Made by a program: the position numbers and the translations under genes. A stretch of DNA of 64,000 nucleotides. It comes from Octopus sinensis. Its lineage: Eukaryota. The notes beneath the pieces are model-generated. The model was not told the origin of the DNA. It worked only from the letters and a program-made list of their open reading frames with translations, and searched no databases. Each line of letters opens with the position of its first letter. The first letter of the stretch is position 1. Where the stretch lies: contig NC_042997.1 of the NCBI RefSeq assembly GCF_006345805.1, positions 60,202,001 through 60,266,000 of the forward strand, read 5' to 3'. This document shows positions 28,824 through 43,105 of this stretch, piece by piece.

Positions 28824-29349
28824 TCGGCAAGATGACGGCGGTGGTGGCAAAACAACGATGGTAATGGTGACGACGGCGCGGCGATTATGATGGCATTTCG
28901 TTAGCTTGGCTCTATCGGCTCTATGATTCACGGCAGAGCTGTTCTTTTCGGTAGAGCTGTTCTACAAGGGAACAGGTCTCAGATGGCGGATAGCGATACA
29001 CCCACAAGATATTTAAATGCTAGTTGCGAGATAAGCGGCTCCTGCCGGACGAATAAGCAGTCTCGGACCAAACGGCAGTAACTTACTAGGGAAGATTGAG
29101 CAATGGATAACACTGTTAGCTCTCAAGGAAATTCTCAGAATCCAGTGATACAGTTGCGACGATGCAAGTAAAGTCCGCTTCAAAAAAGCCTAGTTTTCGC
29201 GAGTCGAATAAAATTACTAGATTGGTGAGTGATGCAAATAAGATCACCAGAAGCTTCAGTATGTTTACAAGCTATCAAATCATTCATACCGCATCATCAC
29301 GCAGGATAACAATGGACACGTTTTGGTCTTGAGTAGATTGGCCTCTCCG

Positions 29350-31790
29350 AAAAATATATTGTGACTTGTCCTGCGAAGTGTGGGATGGACGTACAAAGTT
29401 TATGTAGCTCGGACTCCCAAAAAGGACCACGGCGGAGCAAACTAATGGCCTGATATAGTTAAATGTTCCTCAATAATAAAATTCTTTGGCTTTGGAATTG
29501 TAGATTTGGATGAAAGATGGAAACTCCAGTACTAAAGTGGGATGCCAGGAATAATTGCACAGGCTGCAGTGGGGATACTCGCAACTCCTTGTGTGTCAAA
29601 AAGTGTTATGGACTGGATCTTGTTGGGAAGAAGGATTTGCCTCTTGAAGCCTACGCTGAGAGATAGACTTGTGTGGGTGGTGCAAATTCATGTACCAAAC
29701 AGGGAGTTCTAATACAGATCCTTCCTGAAAGAATTCACTACAGCGTTTGATATAATTATGACCGAGTCATTTATCCCAATGGAAGACTTCAATGTACAGG
29801 TTGGTACACGGAAAGGATGATTAGGAGGAATGATGATTCTAACCTAAATGCGAATGGAGAGGTGTCATTAGATTTCTGTTCTATTAATGGGTTCTCTATT
29901 ATGAATACCTTCTTCCAGTTCAAAGACACCCATAAAAATACATGGACTAAAGGGGACCGGGGATACAGAGCAGTAATTGTTTTTGTGACATTCCCCGATC
30001 TGATAGGCTGGCTCATAAGGAGGTCAGAACCAGATATGAGGACACTATAGCATTCAAATGCGGAGAACTCTCCCAACAGACTAAGACCGTTGAAAATGAG
30101 TGGGGACTCTTCAGCTCGGTAGTTTCTGGTTCAATGAAAAGGATAATGATGTTATCCGAGCAAAGAAGCAGGCTTACAAAACTTCGCTTAGAAATAAGTC
30201 CTCCTTGCATTTTCAGCACGAAAAGGCACGAAAAGGCACGAAAAGTCGCAGCAGAGACAGTAAAGGTGTCAAAGTTTAAGACATAGGAGGGTTTCTGGGT
30301 TAAGCTGGAATCCGACGTTATATTAACATTCTAGCAGACCATCTGCTGACTTCGTAATAAAGAGTCCCCTTCTACTCCTGCTATCTGGAACTTGTCCGGA
30401 GTTCTCTCTGAAGAGATGTGCATTCTCGAGAGGTATAGAGAATACTTTGTTGATCTTCTAAATCCGGTCACATCATATACTGAAGATGCATCGAGGAGCG
30501 ATTGCTACCCTATCAGAGACTGAGATCAAAGATCAATTAAAGAGCTCAAAATGTGGCAAGGATGAAATTCGGTCCGGGATGTAAAAGGCCTTAAACAGAG
30601 AGGGTATTCTCTGGCCGAAACATGCGTGCCAGGTGGCCTGGATCTCTGAAAGGCACCTATGCATTAGCAATCGAGAATGATAATCCCAATTTTCAGAAAG
30701 GGAGACAAGAAAGATTACTTTAATTGTAGAGGAATCGCCTTGTTAAGCCTCCCCGATGAAATCTATGCTCAGTGTTTGGCAAAGAGATGTAGGGATATTG
30801 TCGAGTCCAAGATGACGAACAGTGTGGTTTCCACCCCAGACGCAGCACAGCCGACCAAATATTCACATTGAGACAGGTTTTCGGGAAATCGTGGGAGTGC
30901 GGTCAAGAGGTGTGTGCTTGCTTCGTAGATCTAGAAAAGGTCCACAGGACTTGTTGTGGAAGGTTTTGCTGAAGCTTGGGATCTGGGATCGATGGCAGCT
31001 TTATGTTGCCTTAAAGTCTCTATATGAATAGCCTAATATTTGTGTTTGAATAAATGATACTAAGTTGAAACCATTCAATGTGAGTGTCGGACTCCTCTCT
31101 TGTTCATGCGCAGCCGAGTTGGAAGTGATATTGAGACCGGCGGGTGTAGGATCAAGTTGGTTGGGATTTGCAGACGACATTGTACTATTCAATTTGTCGG
31201 AAGGTGATCGCCGACGTACCCTTGATAGTGCAGGAATTTTAGGAGCTAATGCAGTAATGCGCTAGCTTCAACATTCGGTCATCAGTGGAAAGGAGGTAGA
31301 TATAAAAGCCAAACTCTCTATCTTCAATTCGGTGTTCGTTCCTACCTTGTCTATAGTCATGGATTATGGGTAATGACCGAAAGAATACGATCGCGAACAC
31401 AAACAGCCGAGATGGGGTTCCCTCGAAGGGTCTTTGGGGTAACGTTACTGGATAGAATTCGTAGTTTGGAGATCAGAGAAGGACTCCAGTAGAGCCGCTA
31501 CTTCTCTGAATTGAGAGATCACAGCTCCGACACTACAGATATGTGGTTAGAATGTCTCGGGAAAGAATTTATGGATAGGTTGTATGGATAAAACCAACTG
31601 GCAGGAAACCTAAAAGTAGACCACAAGCAAGATCGTTATATAACATCCTGAGATCGGTTGGTTTCGTTTGAGCTTCCAGCCAGGTCAAGTGGAGTCGGTA
31701 GCTTCTGACAGGACCCCATGAAAGACGTGCTTGAGGACTCTACCCCCACCCCCGACCCTCCGAAGAAGATGAAATGGTACGAAGAGAAAC
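29350..31790 (+). mobile_element. Decayed RTE (Rex3/Expander-like) LINE
   Basis: AP-endonuclease remnants (EDFNVQVG, IMNTFFQFKDTHKNTW), RT segments (IPIFRKGDKKDYFNCRGIALLS, FADDIV) and C-terminal KAKLSIFNSVFVPTL...IERSQLR. Many stops, frameshifts and deletions. Confidence 0.85.
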
Positions 31791-33749
31791 CCTTTCAAAT
31801 GTACTTTCCATAGACTCTGCCTCAGGCATGATCTGAGAGAGTTCATCTTGATGTGATATCTCTATCAACATGAGTAACAACATAGATATCATTGTTAATA
31901 AAATAAAGGCGATAAATGAAAGACTCAGCTGAGTGCCAAACAAAAATATCCTCTGGACTGAAATCCTATTAAGGTCAACTTTACTTTTGATTTCGCGAAG
32001 ATCAACAAAACAGGCACCAGTAATATACTGTAGTCAACTGACGTGACTATATCCGTCCTAATAATGTGTGGTCGTATGTCAATGTAACAATTATTTTTGT
32101 GAAAGTAAATTACCACAATATTTCACATACGCAAATATATTTTTTTTTGTATAACTGTTGAATATGCTCACATGATTCATTGTTTTTTGCCATTATATAT
32201 TATTTAGAATCATAAACAATAAAAGTTTCGTTTATTCCAACTGTATTTCTACAGTCACTCTCTTCAGTATTCTGTTTCTGTGGGTTTGGAACGTCTGTAA
32301 AGCTAATTTAACTTAAAATACAGAAACACAATCAGTTACTATATTTCTTTTAGTCAGGCGCTCTTAGATGTCATTCAATGAAAAGTTTTACATGATGTTG
32401 ACAATAATGCGATAGTCTTCGTAGTTAAGCAGAGGAAAGTTTTATTTATATTTATTTGTGATAAACGTGGAGGTCACCAAGAGAGTTGAGTGAGGATTTA
32501 AATATGATACTGTACTTGGTTAAGCACTTCTCCATACTAGGTTCCAATCGTGTCAAGGTCGATATTGCTTTTATGTTTTGTCTATCTATAAAGTATCAAT
32601 AATATATTGGCTTTAATTATATCAATTGCATTACTTTGCTACAAACACTTACTGTAGGCTCAGTCAAAACGTGTTAATAAATTTAATCAGGAGTATATAC
32701 TCATATGCACACAAATATATACACGGAGTAAGCTTAGCAGTTTGGTTAAGCCTTGTTACTGAGAATTTGAAAATATTGTCTTGGTTATTATTCAAGCTGC
32801 CGTATTCTCAAACGTCATACACATAAACCAGCCACTACATAACTAATCCGTTTGTGTTTCCGAGAATGAATAATTCGTGTTTAAAAAGAAAATCCTTCAA
32901 ACTTACTTTGATATGAGAACTTTTCAAAGGCTGTTCACCTTTCTATCTACCAGAAACTAATTTCTTCCAGTTTGAAAACTTTCTTAGGCCATACTGCAGC
33001 CAGTGTCACTGGCTATTCTCCACGACAACGCTATCGCAGTCATTACTGCAAAGCATTTGAGCAAGCCATTTGTTCTGGAGCATGTGACCCGTCGCCCCCT
33101 CCTCCTCTAGCTTTCGCTGCTTTACCCACCACGCACACCTTTTTCTTTTCTTTCTTTTCCTTTTCTTATATCCTTTCTTCTTGTTTCTTTGTTTTTAAAT
33201 GTTCTAATAAAACTCCGACTGTTTTCCAGTTATATGTCATTTTCAACCGTACCTCTGTACTAGTGAACATAATATCCGACAAGTAGTTATACAACGTCCT
33301 AACACCTTTATAGCATCCACAAACACGAATCTTTAATCCATTTTGTAACGTGGGTTCGATAATTCAATTTAATTTTGTGGTTAAGAAACCACCCCTAAAA
33401 CACGTTCCTCGTATCCGATACATCGAAATCATTACATTGAGTAAAATATCCTAAAAACCAACACTACATAAAACGAAACATTTCATTCATTTGTTAAGCC
33501 AATAAAACATTTCACAAGCCCACATTGAATTCAAATTACTAAATGTCAATTATATATCAACGAAATTTTAATTTCATCTTCGGAGTCAGAAAATAATTCA
33601 GCCCCAAACAATATAACACTACAAAGCACAAATACATCCTACAACAGATTATTGTTCAAATATCAAATAATATGTCACCATACAGCATAAGGAGGCTAAT
33701 CTAAGAAACACGCTAACGCGCATATATACATGCTAATGCTAACGCGCAT

Positions 33750-33799
<50 letters not shown>

Positions 33800-34071
33800 A
33801 TATGTGTACACTAGATAGCAACCTCGAAAATCTATTTACCAAAATACTACAGCACTATGCCCATGCCAAAACCTCTCTTTGTCCCTCTGTTGCAGAAATC
33901 ATTGTGCCTCTGACCATGTATGATCTAATGACATACCATACTAATTTCTCTGTGTCTCCTCTTGTAGATTTAGCACTGGATCCATCCTCCATCTTTCATT
34001 CTCAGAAAATACTTCAAATTCACGTTTCTCTAAGCCAATTCAACTGAATCCCCTGCACCCATCCCAAAAGT

Positions 34072-34343
34072 GGAGGCGAGGGGTCGCGTGTTCGAATCTC
34101 AGACCGGGCGATGTGTATGTTTATGAGCGAAACACCTAAGCTCCACGCGGCTCCGGCAGAAGGTAATGGCGAACTTCTGCTGACTCTTTCGTCACAACTT
34201 TCCCTCACTCTTTCCTCCTGCATCTTGCAGATCACCTGCGACGGACCGGCGTCCCGTTCAGGTGGCGAACCTATACAACAAGGAAACCGGGAACTTGGCA
34301 CCATGAGCCAGGCATGGCTCGAGAAGGAACAAACAAAGCCCAC
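34072..34343 (+). mobile_element. tRNA-derived SINE, head partly deleted, 9-bp TSD
   Basis: Homologous to 7715-8006; CCCAAAAGT at 34063-34071 and 34344-34352. Confidence 0.85.
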
Positions 34344-34522
34344 CCCAAAAGTACTTCATGTATACTTCAGACGATTCCAATTCTAAAGCTAGAAAATATG
34401 TAAACAAGTGTATTCGTGTATTTGTGTTTGTGTTTGTATGTGCTTGTGTGTGTGTGTATGTGGGTGGGTGTGTATGTGTGTGTATGTATGTATGTGTGTG
34501 TATGTATGTGTGTGTATGTATG

Positions 34523-34568
<46 letters not shown>

Positions 34569-35268
34569 AAACTGAGTGTGACTAACGTTCACAGTAGCTA
34601 AAACGTTTAATCATAATAAATGGGACGAACAGACTGATAAATTATATGCATTGCCCTTATATGGGAGTTGTTAAAAACGAAAGTATCAAACCAGAAAAAG
34701 GAAGAAGAATTATTCACTGTTAGCTCCTCTGAAACTTAGAAAATCTAAGTCTCTGATAATGATCTACATGACGCCATAGCATTTCACGCATATGTTTACA
34801 GGATGAATTCTGGTTTGTCTAACACAAATAATTATATCCCTTGTACTCTTGTATACACGGATATAGGTACTTTTGCCATTGTTTTTCTCGATTATCTTCT
34901 CAGAGAACAGACCCTTTAATAATGTGTATATTGAAAAGTACACGGGAGTCGAAAAACGGGTAGACACTGAATATATTTGTCTAGAGTGTATACAAGATTA
35001 AACCATTCTTCATATCTATAATTTTATTCAGCTTGTTCCTGTTTACCTTCATACATCTGTCCTAATGCCATGCTCGAATTGTACGCTTTAAGCAATGTTA
35101 AGTATGGAATCAAATCGAAGAATTCTACATATATTTTATTGGGCATCGGCTTGAAATGTTTAGAAGAAAAATCTACTCCATTATTTATTCTCTTAAGTCT
35201 GGTACTTATCCTATCGTCACTTTGCCAAACCGCTAATTTACGGGAATGTACATAGACCAACATTGGTT

Positions 35269-35331
<63 letters not shown>

Positions 35332-35423
35332 TGATGATGATGATGATAATAATGATGATAATAATAATGATGATGATGATGATAATGATAATAATGATGA
35401 TAATAATAATGATGATGATGATG

Positions 35424-35505
<82 letters not shown>

Positions 35506-35506
<1 letters not shown>

Positions 35507-38500
35507 CGGGGACGTTTAAGATGTAAGAAGGAAAATACAGAGCTCCGAAATCTATCCACAAACATCGAAAACAAGGACACCCTATGGAGCCAAAGATTTA
35601 CTAACAAAGAATTGGACTATATCCGAGTAAGTAATACTAATTGAAATTTATTACTATTTTCGAAACGAAATGATGTATTTTGACTCGATATTATCTCCAC
35701 CTCTAACACAACACATGTAAACATGCGTGGAACAACACGATCATCCCCGACCTCAAACACCATGTACAAAGGAACTACGAAGAAATTAAATGCCACCGAT
35801 ACTATTCAACCCAAGAATAACAATCGAGCGGTACGTACATTAAACCTACAACAAAAAATGTACGAAAAACAACACGGGCGAAATAATGTGACAACAGAAA
35901 TAAACGGACCGGTACCCTACGAAAATGACGACCGTCAAAATAATGGGCCGGACGTTGTACCTCATGTCCCGCAATTAAAACCCAAAAGACGTAAATGGAC
36001 ACGTGAGGAATACATTTCTATCTTACACGCATACTTCACAGCAATGCTCTACCCACAAAAGGAAAATACAACAACACATACATATAAAATATGGAAGGAA
36101 AATAATAGAGATATAGACTTGGATACAGCAATGAACCCTAATAAATTAGCTAACGTACGAAGATACATTCTCAAAGCCAAAAAAATATCAGAAATAGAAA
36201 TAGAACATTTAAAAGAAAAAATACACCAGGAAAATGTAGATAGAAGCCACACAACACTGCCCAATAATATAAACACTGAAACTGTAAAACACGAAGACAA
36301 ACGCAACATTCCCAACAAACACGATGTAAACAACGAAGGGGAGCCTAATGATTATGATAATATAAAAAATAAAATAATCAAAGAACTGAAAACCACAGAA
36401 CCCAAAATGGACCACCGACCATACCTCCCAAGAATAAAAATAAATGCAATAACAACACCAATTATAAACAACATAAACCTAGCCGTCACTGAAACAAAAA
36501 AAAAGTGATATCACTGAACTAAATGACTTGATATACGCAGCAGCCACTGCAGCCACAAAAGAAGCTGGATACTCACCCAAACCCGCCCAAACAGGAGTAC
36601 CACCACCCAAACAAACCCTGTGGATAAATAACATCCAAAACAAAATAAAAAAAATTAGAAAAGACCTGTCGATTCTTAATGAAATCAGCAAACAAGCAAC
36701 GCTACTGAGCAACAAAAAGAGAACAAAAATGCTCCGCAAATATAACATCACAGAAAAAGATTTGCCGGAGATAAAAGAAAAGCTGAAGCAAGATATCCTT
36801 GCCAAAGCTCAAAGGATCCGCCGGTACGAGAAACGCCAACGCTTCTTTGAACAGAACAAAAAGTTCAACTCCGACCCCAAAAAAGTTCTACCAAGAACTA
36901 GGCAAAAATAAATAAAAGAAGTCACTGCAGCACCAACGGCAGAAGAATTGGAAGAATTCTGGAGAGAAATATGGTCGGCGAACGAACAGCCAAAAAAAAG
37001 GAGTATGAAAATAACAAACTCGGCATCTGAACAACTTTGGACCCCCATAACAACTGAAGAGGTCACCCAGGCACTGCAAAAACTAAGCAACTGGAAGGCA
37101 CCTGGGCATGACAAGATCCCCAACTTCTGGTTGAAATATCTAACAGGAATGCACAAAAAGCTGGCTGAAAACTTTAACAGCATACTAGCAGAGCCAGAGA
37201 CAATGCCTGAATGGCTCACGAAGGGGAAAACCATCTTAATTCCCAAATCAAATGAAACAGAAAAACCAGAAAACTACAGACCAATAACCTGCCTCCCTAC
37301 TATGTTCAAAGCATTTACTGCAGTGATATCACAAAGGCTGAACAAGCACCTGGACGAACACAAACTGTTCCCAGAAGAGCAGAAAGGATGCCGCAAAGGC
37401 TCATATGGCTGTAAAGATCAACTAATGATTAATAAAGCCATAACTGAAGACAGCCACAGAAAGAAGAAAGGCCTCAGTATGGCCTGGATTGACTACAAAA
37501 AGGCGTTTGATAGCATCCCCCACACATGGATCTCGAAACACTAGCCATTAACAAAGTAGCACCAACAATCATAAAATTCATAGAGCACTCTATGAATAAA
37601 TGGCAAACAGTCCTACACCTCCAAACAAAAGAGGGACTCATGAAAACCAAAGACATCCCCATTAGAAGAGGAATATTCCAGGGAGACACGCTCTCTCCAC
37701 TCCTTTTCTGCTGGGCACTGTCACCTCTATCTGATATGCTAAATAGAACTGGATGCGGATATAAATGTTACGGCAAAAACGATCAGCCACCTTTTATATA
37801 TAGATGACCTAAAACTATACGCTGCAAATGACAAACAGCTGGAAACACTATTAAAGACAGTTCATGGATTTACCAAAGAAATAGATATGAAATTTGGATT
37901 AGAAAAATGCGCCAAAGTAACCCTGAAAAGAGGAAAACTAGTAAGAGTAACAATATCACACTAGATAAAACCAATGAAATAAAAGAATTAGACCAAAGCC
38001 AAACTTACAAATACTTAGGAATCCATGAACTAGATAAGACACAACACACACAAATGAAAGAGAAAATAAAAAAAGAATATTATAGACGAGTTAGATCAAT
38101 ACTAAAAACAGAGCTCATGCTAAAAACAAGATAATAGGTATCAACACTTTAGCGTCCCAGTTATAAGTTACAGCTACAATATCCTTAACTGGACACGAAA
38201 TGAACTGTCCAAAATAGATAGAAAACAAGAAAAATACTGACAGGATCTAGGATGCATCACCCAAAATCTGACATAGAAAGACTATATATACAACGTATAG
38301 AAGGTGGTAGAGGCCTTATACAGCTGGAAAACTACTATAAAATAACCACCATAGGACTGCAAAAGTACCTACTTCAGAAGGAAGGAAAACTGATCCAGAT
38401 AGCAGCAAAACACGAGCAAAACAAAAAACTGTTCTCAGTATTTAAGGAAGCTGACAAATACAAACAAGAAATCATACCACCTAATAAACACAAAGAAGAA

Positions 38501-39445
38501 GAAGAAGATGATGAAGAAACAACAAAAGCTATAAAACAAATGAAATCCAAACTAAAAATAGAACAGCAACGAGCCATGATGAAACGATGGCAAGAAAAGC
38601 CCCTTCATGGTAAATACAGCACTAAACTAAACGCAAAAGAAATAGACAAAGAAAAATCCCAGCAATGGTTGAGAAGCTCAGGACTCAAAGCAGAAACAGA
38701 GGGATTTTTAATTGCAGCACAAGACCAAAGCCTCCCCACCAGAAATTACCAAAAACATGTAATGAAAAGAAATATTACAAGTAACTGCAGAATATGTGGA
38801 GATGGACAAGAAACAATAAATCATATTATCTCTAGCTGCCCAGTCCTGGCTAAGAAGGAATATATTCACAGACATGACAGAGTTGGAACCTACATACATT
38901 GGAAGCTATGCCAACATTATGGAATAACAACAGAAAAAATGGTATAGGCGCACACCAGAAAAGGTCACAGAAAACGAGAAAGCAACCATACTCTGGGATA
39001 TGCCGATACACACAGATAGAGAATTAAGTCCAACAGACCAGATATAGTTGTCAGAGATCATGAAGAAAAAATGCTTTCTAATTGATGTATCAATACCGGC
39101 AGATGACAACGTGTCTCTAAAAGAAATGGAGAAACTCTCAAAATACAAAGACCTGGAAATAGAGATAACTAGAATGTGGAACCTGAAAACAGAAACAATT
39201 CCTATCATAGTAGGTGCATTAGGCATGATAAAAAAATATTCAGACAAATACATAACAACACCAGGACTTACAAACACATATAACATACAGAAAATTGCAC
39301 TACTAGGCACTGCACACATCCTACGTAGAACACTTTCCATACAATAACCATCAGAGCATCACAACAAATCACAGCACATACCCAAGGCACACAGAGCTGC
39401 GCTCGGTAGTGAAGTGAAAGCACGCTATAAAAATAAAACTACTGA
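35506..39445 (+). mobile_element. Near-full-length R4/Dong-type non-LTR retrotransposon (RT + CCHC + restriction-like endonuclease) in (AAT)n
   Basis: A single ORF from ATG 35723 to about 39347 is broken by about 10 single-base frameshifts. Motifs: KAPGHDKI, ENYRPITCL, IDYKKAFDSIPH, RGIFQGDTLSPLLF, LYIDDLKLY, CRICGD..ETINHIISSC, NRPDIV, CFLIDVSIP, EKLSKYKDL. (AAT)n arrays flank both ends. Confidence 0.95.
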
Positions 39446-39451
39446 ATAATA

Positions 39452-39490
<39 letters not shown>

Positions 39491-39510
39491 TGATAATAAT
39501 AATGATGATG

Positions 39511-39599
<89 letters not shown>

Positions 39600-39724
39600 A
39601 AGAAGAAGAACACTGCCGAATTCCTGAAGTAGATCCAACGGATATATACCCCAACTGCGGATGACACCAGGTAGCCCAAACTGTGACACTACTCTACCCA
39701 ACACTTCAACGCACTAATCGACAC

Positions 39725-39850
39725 ACAGCCATTAACAAATCGATCCCAGGACTTTTTTTAAGCCTTGTACTTACTCTATCGGTCTTTTTGCCGAACCGCT
39801 TATTTACGGGGACGTAAACACACCAACACTGGTTGTCAAGCGGGGATGGG
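39725..39850 (-). mobile_element. SINE second half
   Basis: Reverse complement of TTGACAACC...GTGTTTACGTCCCCGTAA...CGGTTCGGCAAAAAGACCGATAGA, as at 49456-49560. Confidence 0.75.
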
Positions 39851-40564
39851 TGGACAAAGACAGACACAACACACACACATAGATATATATACACACGTAC
39901 ATACATGCATACATATATATATGTGTAAACACATATATATACATGTAATAAAGGATAAAATCGTTAAAAATTTTATCAGTGGCCAGCATATAAAAGTAGA
40001 CCTATTAAGGTGAAATCATATATATAATTACAATTAAGGACATAGAAACATGTTGCCTATATCAGCAAGAATTTTCTATGCCCTTAATTGTATATATGTG
40101 TGTGTGTGTGGCTGTGTGGTAAGTAGCTTGCTTACTGCGCATGCGTTAGTCAGTTACTGCTGCACTGAATGCTGTCAAGACGTTGCTTTCGGAGCGCTCT
40201 TGAAATGAAGAAATTTGAAGGTGCAACTATAAGGTAAGACTTTTATTGGGGGGGGGGGTATTCAGTGGGGGTTTGTTGTTTGTTGTTCATTTTTTTGCGA
40301 ACAAGAAATTCCTACTGAGTTCCGGGGCATTTGTCTGCCTATAGTTGCGCTGTCTCCCTTAATTGTGAGGATTGTGTTGTTTTGGGGGCGTATCTCGCTT
40401 CCAAAAATAGTGGAATTTTTTTCACCAATTTTTGGTGAAATTTGTGGAAGCTATGTCCTGGCTGCTGTGTTCTTGTTGCTTTTTGTGCTGTTTTTCTCGA
40501 CCTATTTTCTTTCCTTCTTCTTTATTCTTTGTGTCTTTCTTTTGAACTTGTTTCTTACAAGAAC

Positions 40565-40801
40565 ATGGCGAAGAAACAAGACACTGTGTTGGAGTGGGAG
40601 ATTGTCCCACACAAAGAGTGGGTGAAAAATTTGGAAGATATGACGGTCTTTTTGAGGACATACTCAAAGTCGCTCGACACCATCACCGACTTCAAGAAAA
40701 TTGTGATTGAGAAAGAGTTGGCAAGAAGATCAATGTTTGAATGTTTACATTATCTGTTTAAACTTTATATTACAGCAGTAAATACGGTTAGTATTTTCTA
40801 A
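40565..40801 (+). other. Coding-like segment MAKKQDTVLEWEIVPHKEW..., identity unresolved (retroelement ORF1 start or host exon)
   Basis: AACATGG start context and a non-repetitive 78-codon frame, preceded by a 400-bp GC-richer leader. Confidence 0.35.
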
Positions 40802-42659
40802 ATCGAAGGGAACAAAATGATTAGACAGAAATAGTTCTTTTTATCTCTTTGTTACAAATTACATTTCTCTCCAATCACTTCATTCCTTCCAGCTGAGAAA
40901 ATACTAACCGTATTTTCCGGTGTAATATATAATCTAAACATGTAGCGTAAGCATTCAAACATTGTCACTATCTTTGCAAATCCTGTTGCATTTCATATGA
41001 AATTTTTGGTCTTCTAAAGTCATCTTGGTATATAAGTCGGCCTGCTTGGGGCTGTAAATTTTGCTCTGAAAAATTCGACTATACCGGGAAATACGATATT
41101 CAGTAGCTTATCAAAAATCTTTTACAAGCTAAATGTCTTTTATTGTGGCATGACATGCCATAAGAGTTTTGTAATTTAATAAAAAATCTAACAATTTTGA
41201 GGTAGTTAGTTCGTCGATTACATCGACCGCACTACTTGACTCTATGCTGCCGACCCCGGAGGAATGAAAGATAAATATATCAGCGTCTAGTTCGAGAACA
41301 AAATCTCAGCAACTTTGAAAGAAAATAAGTTAATTTATGTTCAAAAATTAGCCTTCGGTGAAATCTTAATGAATATATGGGTTTGTATTTTGCTATTGTT
41401 TTGAAATGTTATACTTTAATAACCTACCTAAATATGTATTCCTGTTTTTCACGTAGATAACTACTTTGTCATCTAATTAAACATTTTCATTCAACACAGA
41501 TGCCTTCAAGTTCATTCGTCACAGATGCCTTCACGTATCTAGCTCTTAATAAGCAGTCTAGGACTTCTCTAATTACCATCTACCTAATTAGAAAACATAG
41601 ATTGAGTGAAAATCTGCTTTTCAGAAATGTCAATTCATGGGTGGGACATTTATCATCGACTTAAGGTAAAGCAGTAAACAAAGAGATGTTTTCAAGCAAA
41701 AACAACTGCGTCATGTTTTAATAGTGCATAAAAGAAGGAATAAAAGCAAATAAATTTGTCAAAACATTTCAGTTTTCATTTTGCAGCTGTAACTGTCGGT
41801 TCCTATTACTGTAACATCCGCTCGAAAGCGGATATCCGTAAATGGGTAGATTTGAAATTAATTAAAACAAAATTATCCAGTTGTTCTTTTTTTAAGTAAT
41901 AATATTTCCTTGTGACGTTGTTCGCTATGGAAATTGGTATCAATATGACACTACTAGACAAAAGGTTTCATCATTAAAACTGCGATCTTGTGCACATGAC
42001 GTTTAGCGAACAATACTCCTCTGTCTAATTATGAGATCATCAACAGTCCAAGATTAGAAAAGGCGGAAAATCAATCTAAACCCACGTTAATGAGATAACT
42101 GCTTAGTTTGCAATTTTAAAAATACTGTTTTTAAGAATTTATTTTTAGAGTAAAATATATTTAGATATTAGTATATTTTTTGTCAGTTGATGAGAAATTT
42201 CTTCCCACACTAATATACCCCTTTGTCTTATTATTTTTCTAATTCATTATTTTTCCTTATTATTTTCCTAATTCATTCCTGAACTCTACATCTAACTTCA
42301 AAGGTACCACCTACACAGATCCATTACTTCAAACTCAACCTATTACTTTCATTTAAAAATCTTCCTGTGAATTTTTCTATCTTAACATTTTCAACCGATA
42401 TGTTACTTTAATCAACAGACACCAGTTTCTCTCCAGTATCAATAAGTAGAAAGGACAGAGTAAAATATATCCCCGAAGAACCTATCTCTCAATTCTTTGA
42501 CAATATATCAGTCTTCTTGCAGAATATACTCAAATATTTAGCACACTTGTATGCATAAGTACATTACTTCACACTTTATGTGCTATACCTGCTTTTCAGG
42601 CTTCAGTGGTCATGGATCCCTCTAACTAAAGTCTGAAATTTCTTAAGTTTTGTGTGTGT

Positions 42660-42706
<47 letters not shown>

Positions 42707-43105
42707 GCGTGCGTGCGTGTGCGAGTGTGTGTGATGAGAGAGAAAGACATCATAGGGTTCCCGTTGCTTCCTCCCGGTTTATTTGCAGTTCACTGTGCTA
42801 GTCTCCTGCCCTCAAGTACTTAACTTTGATGCACAGATCCTATTCAACCCTCTGGCAAGAGGAATGATTAACGTGACATCAGGGCATGTCCACCGGTGGA
42901 CCTTTGTGACACATATCTAGGAGCCAACCTTCCTCGAGCCCTGTATTCATTAAGCACAAAATTGTTTCCTACTTGACCCACAAGAGGAACTTTTGTTGGG
43001 TAGTACTATTCCTGTTCAGAGCTAAGCAGAGAGTCCTGGGTACTTTGATATAACTCTACACTCCATAAAGCTCTCCCGGGTGCAGTTAAATATTTTGTCT
43101 GGGAT

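Noticed and set aside
34922-34966. UUGAAAA...GAAA...GUA-GACAC hammerhead-like string
   Set aside because: Stem I is offset, stem II has only 1 bp and stem III does not pair; it could be chance or a heavily decayed copy.
35233-35644. Poly-Asn/Asp, poly-Leu and poly-Tyr ORFs
   Set aside because: They are translations of the (AAT)/(GAT) array flanking the Dong element.
42280-42620. Possible CR1/L2 RT remnant (KCEVMYL-like) on the minus strand
   Set aside because: A single weak motif, insufficient to call.
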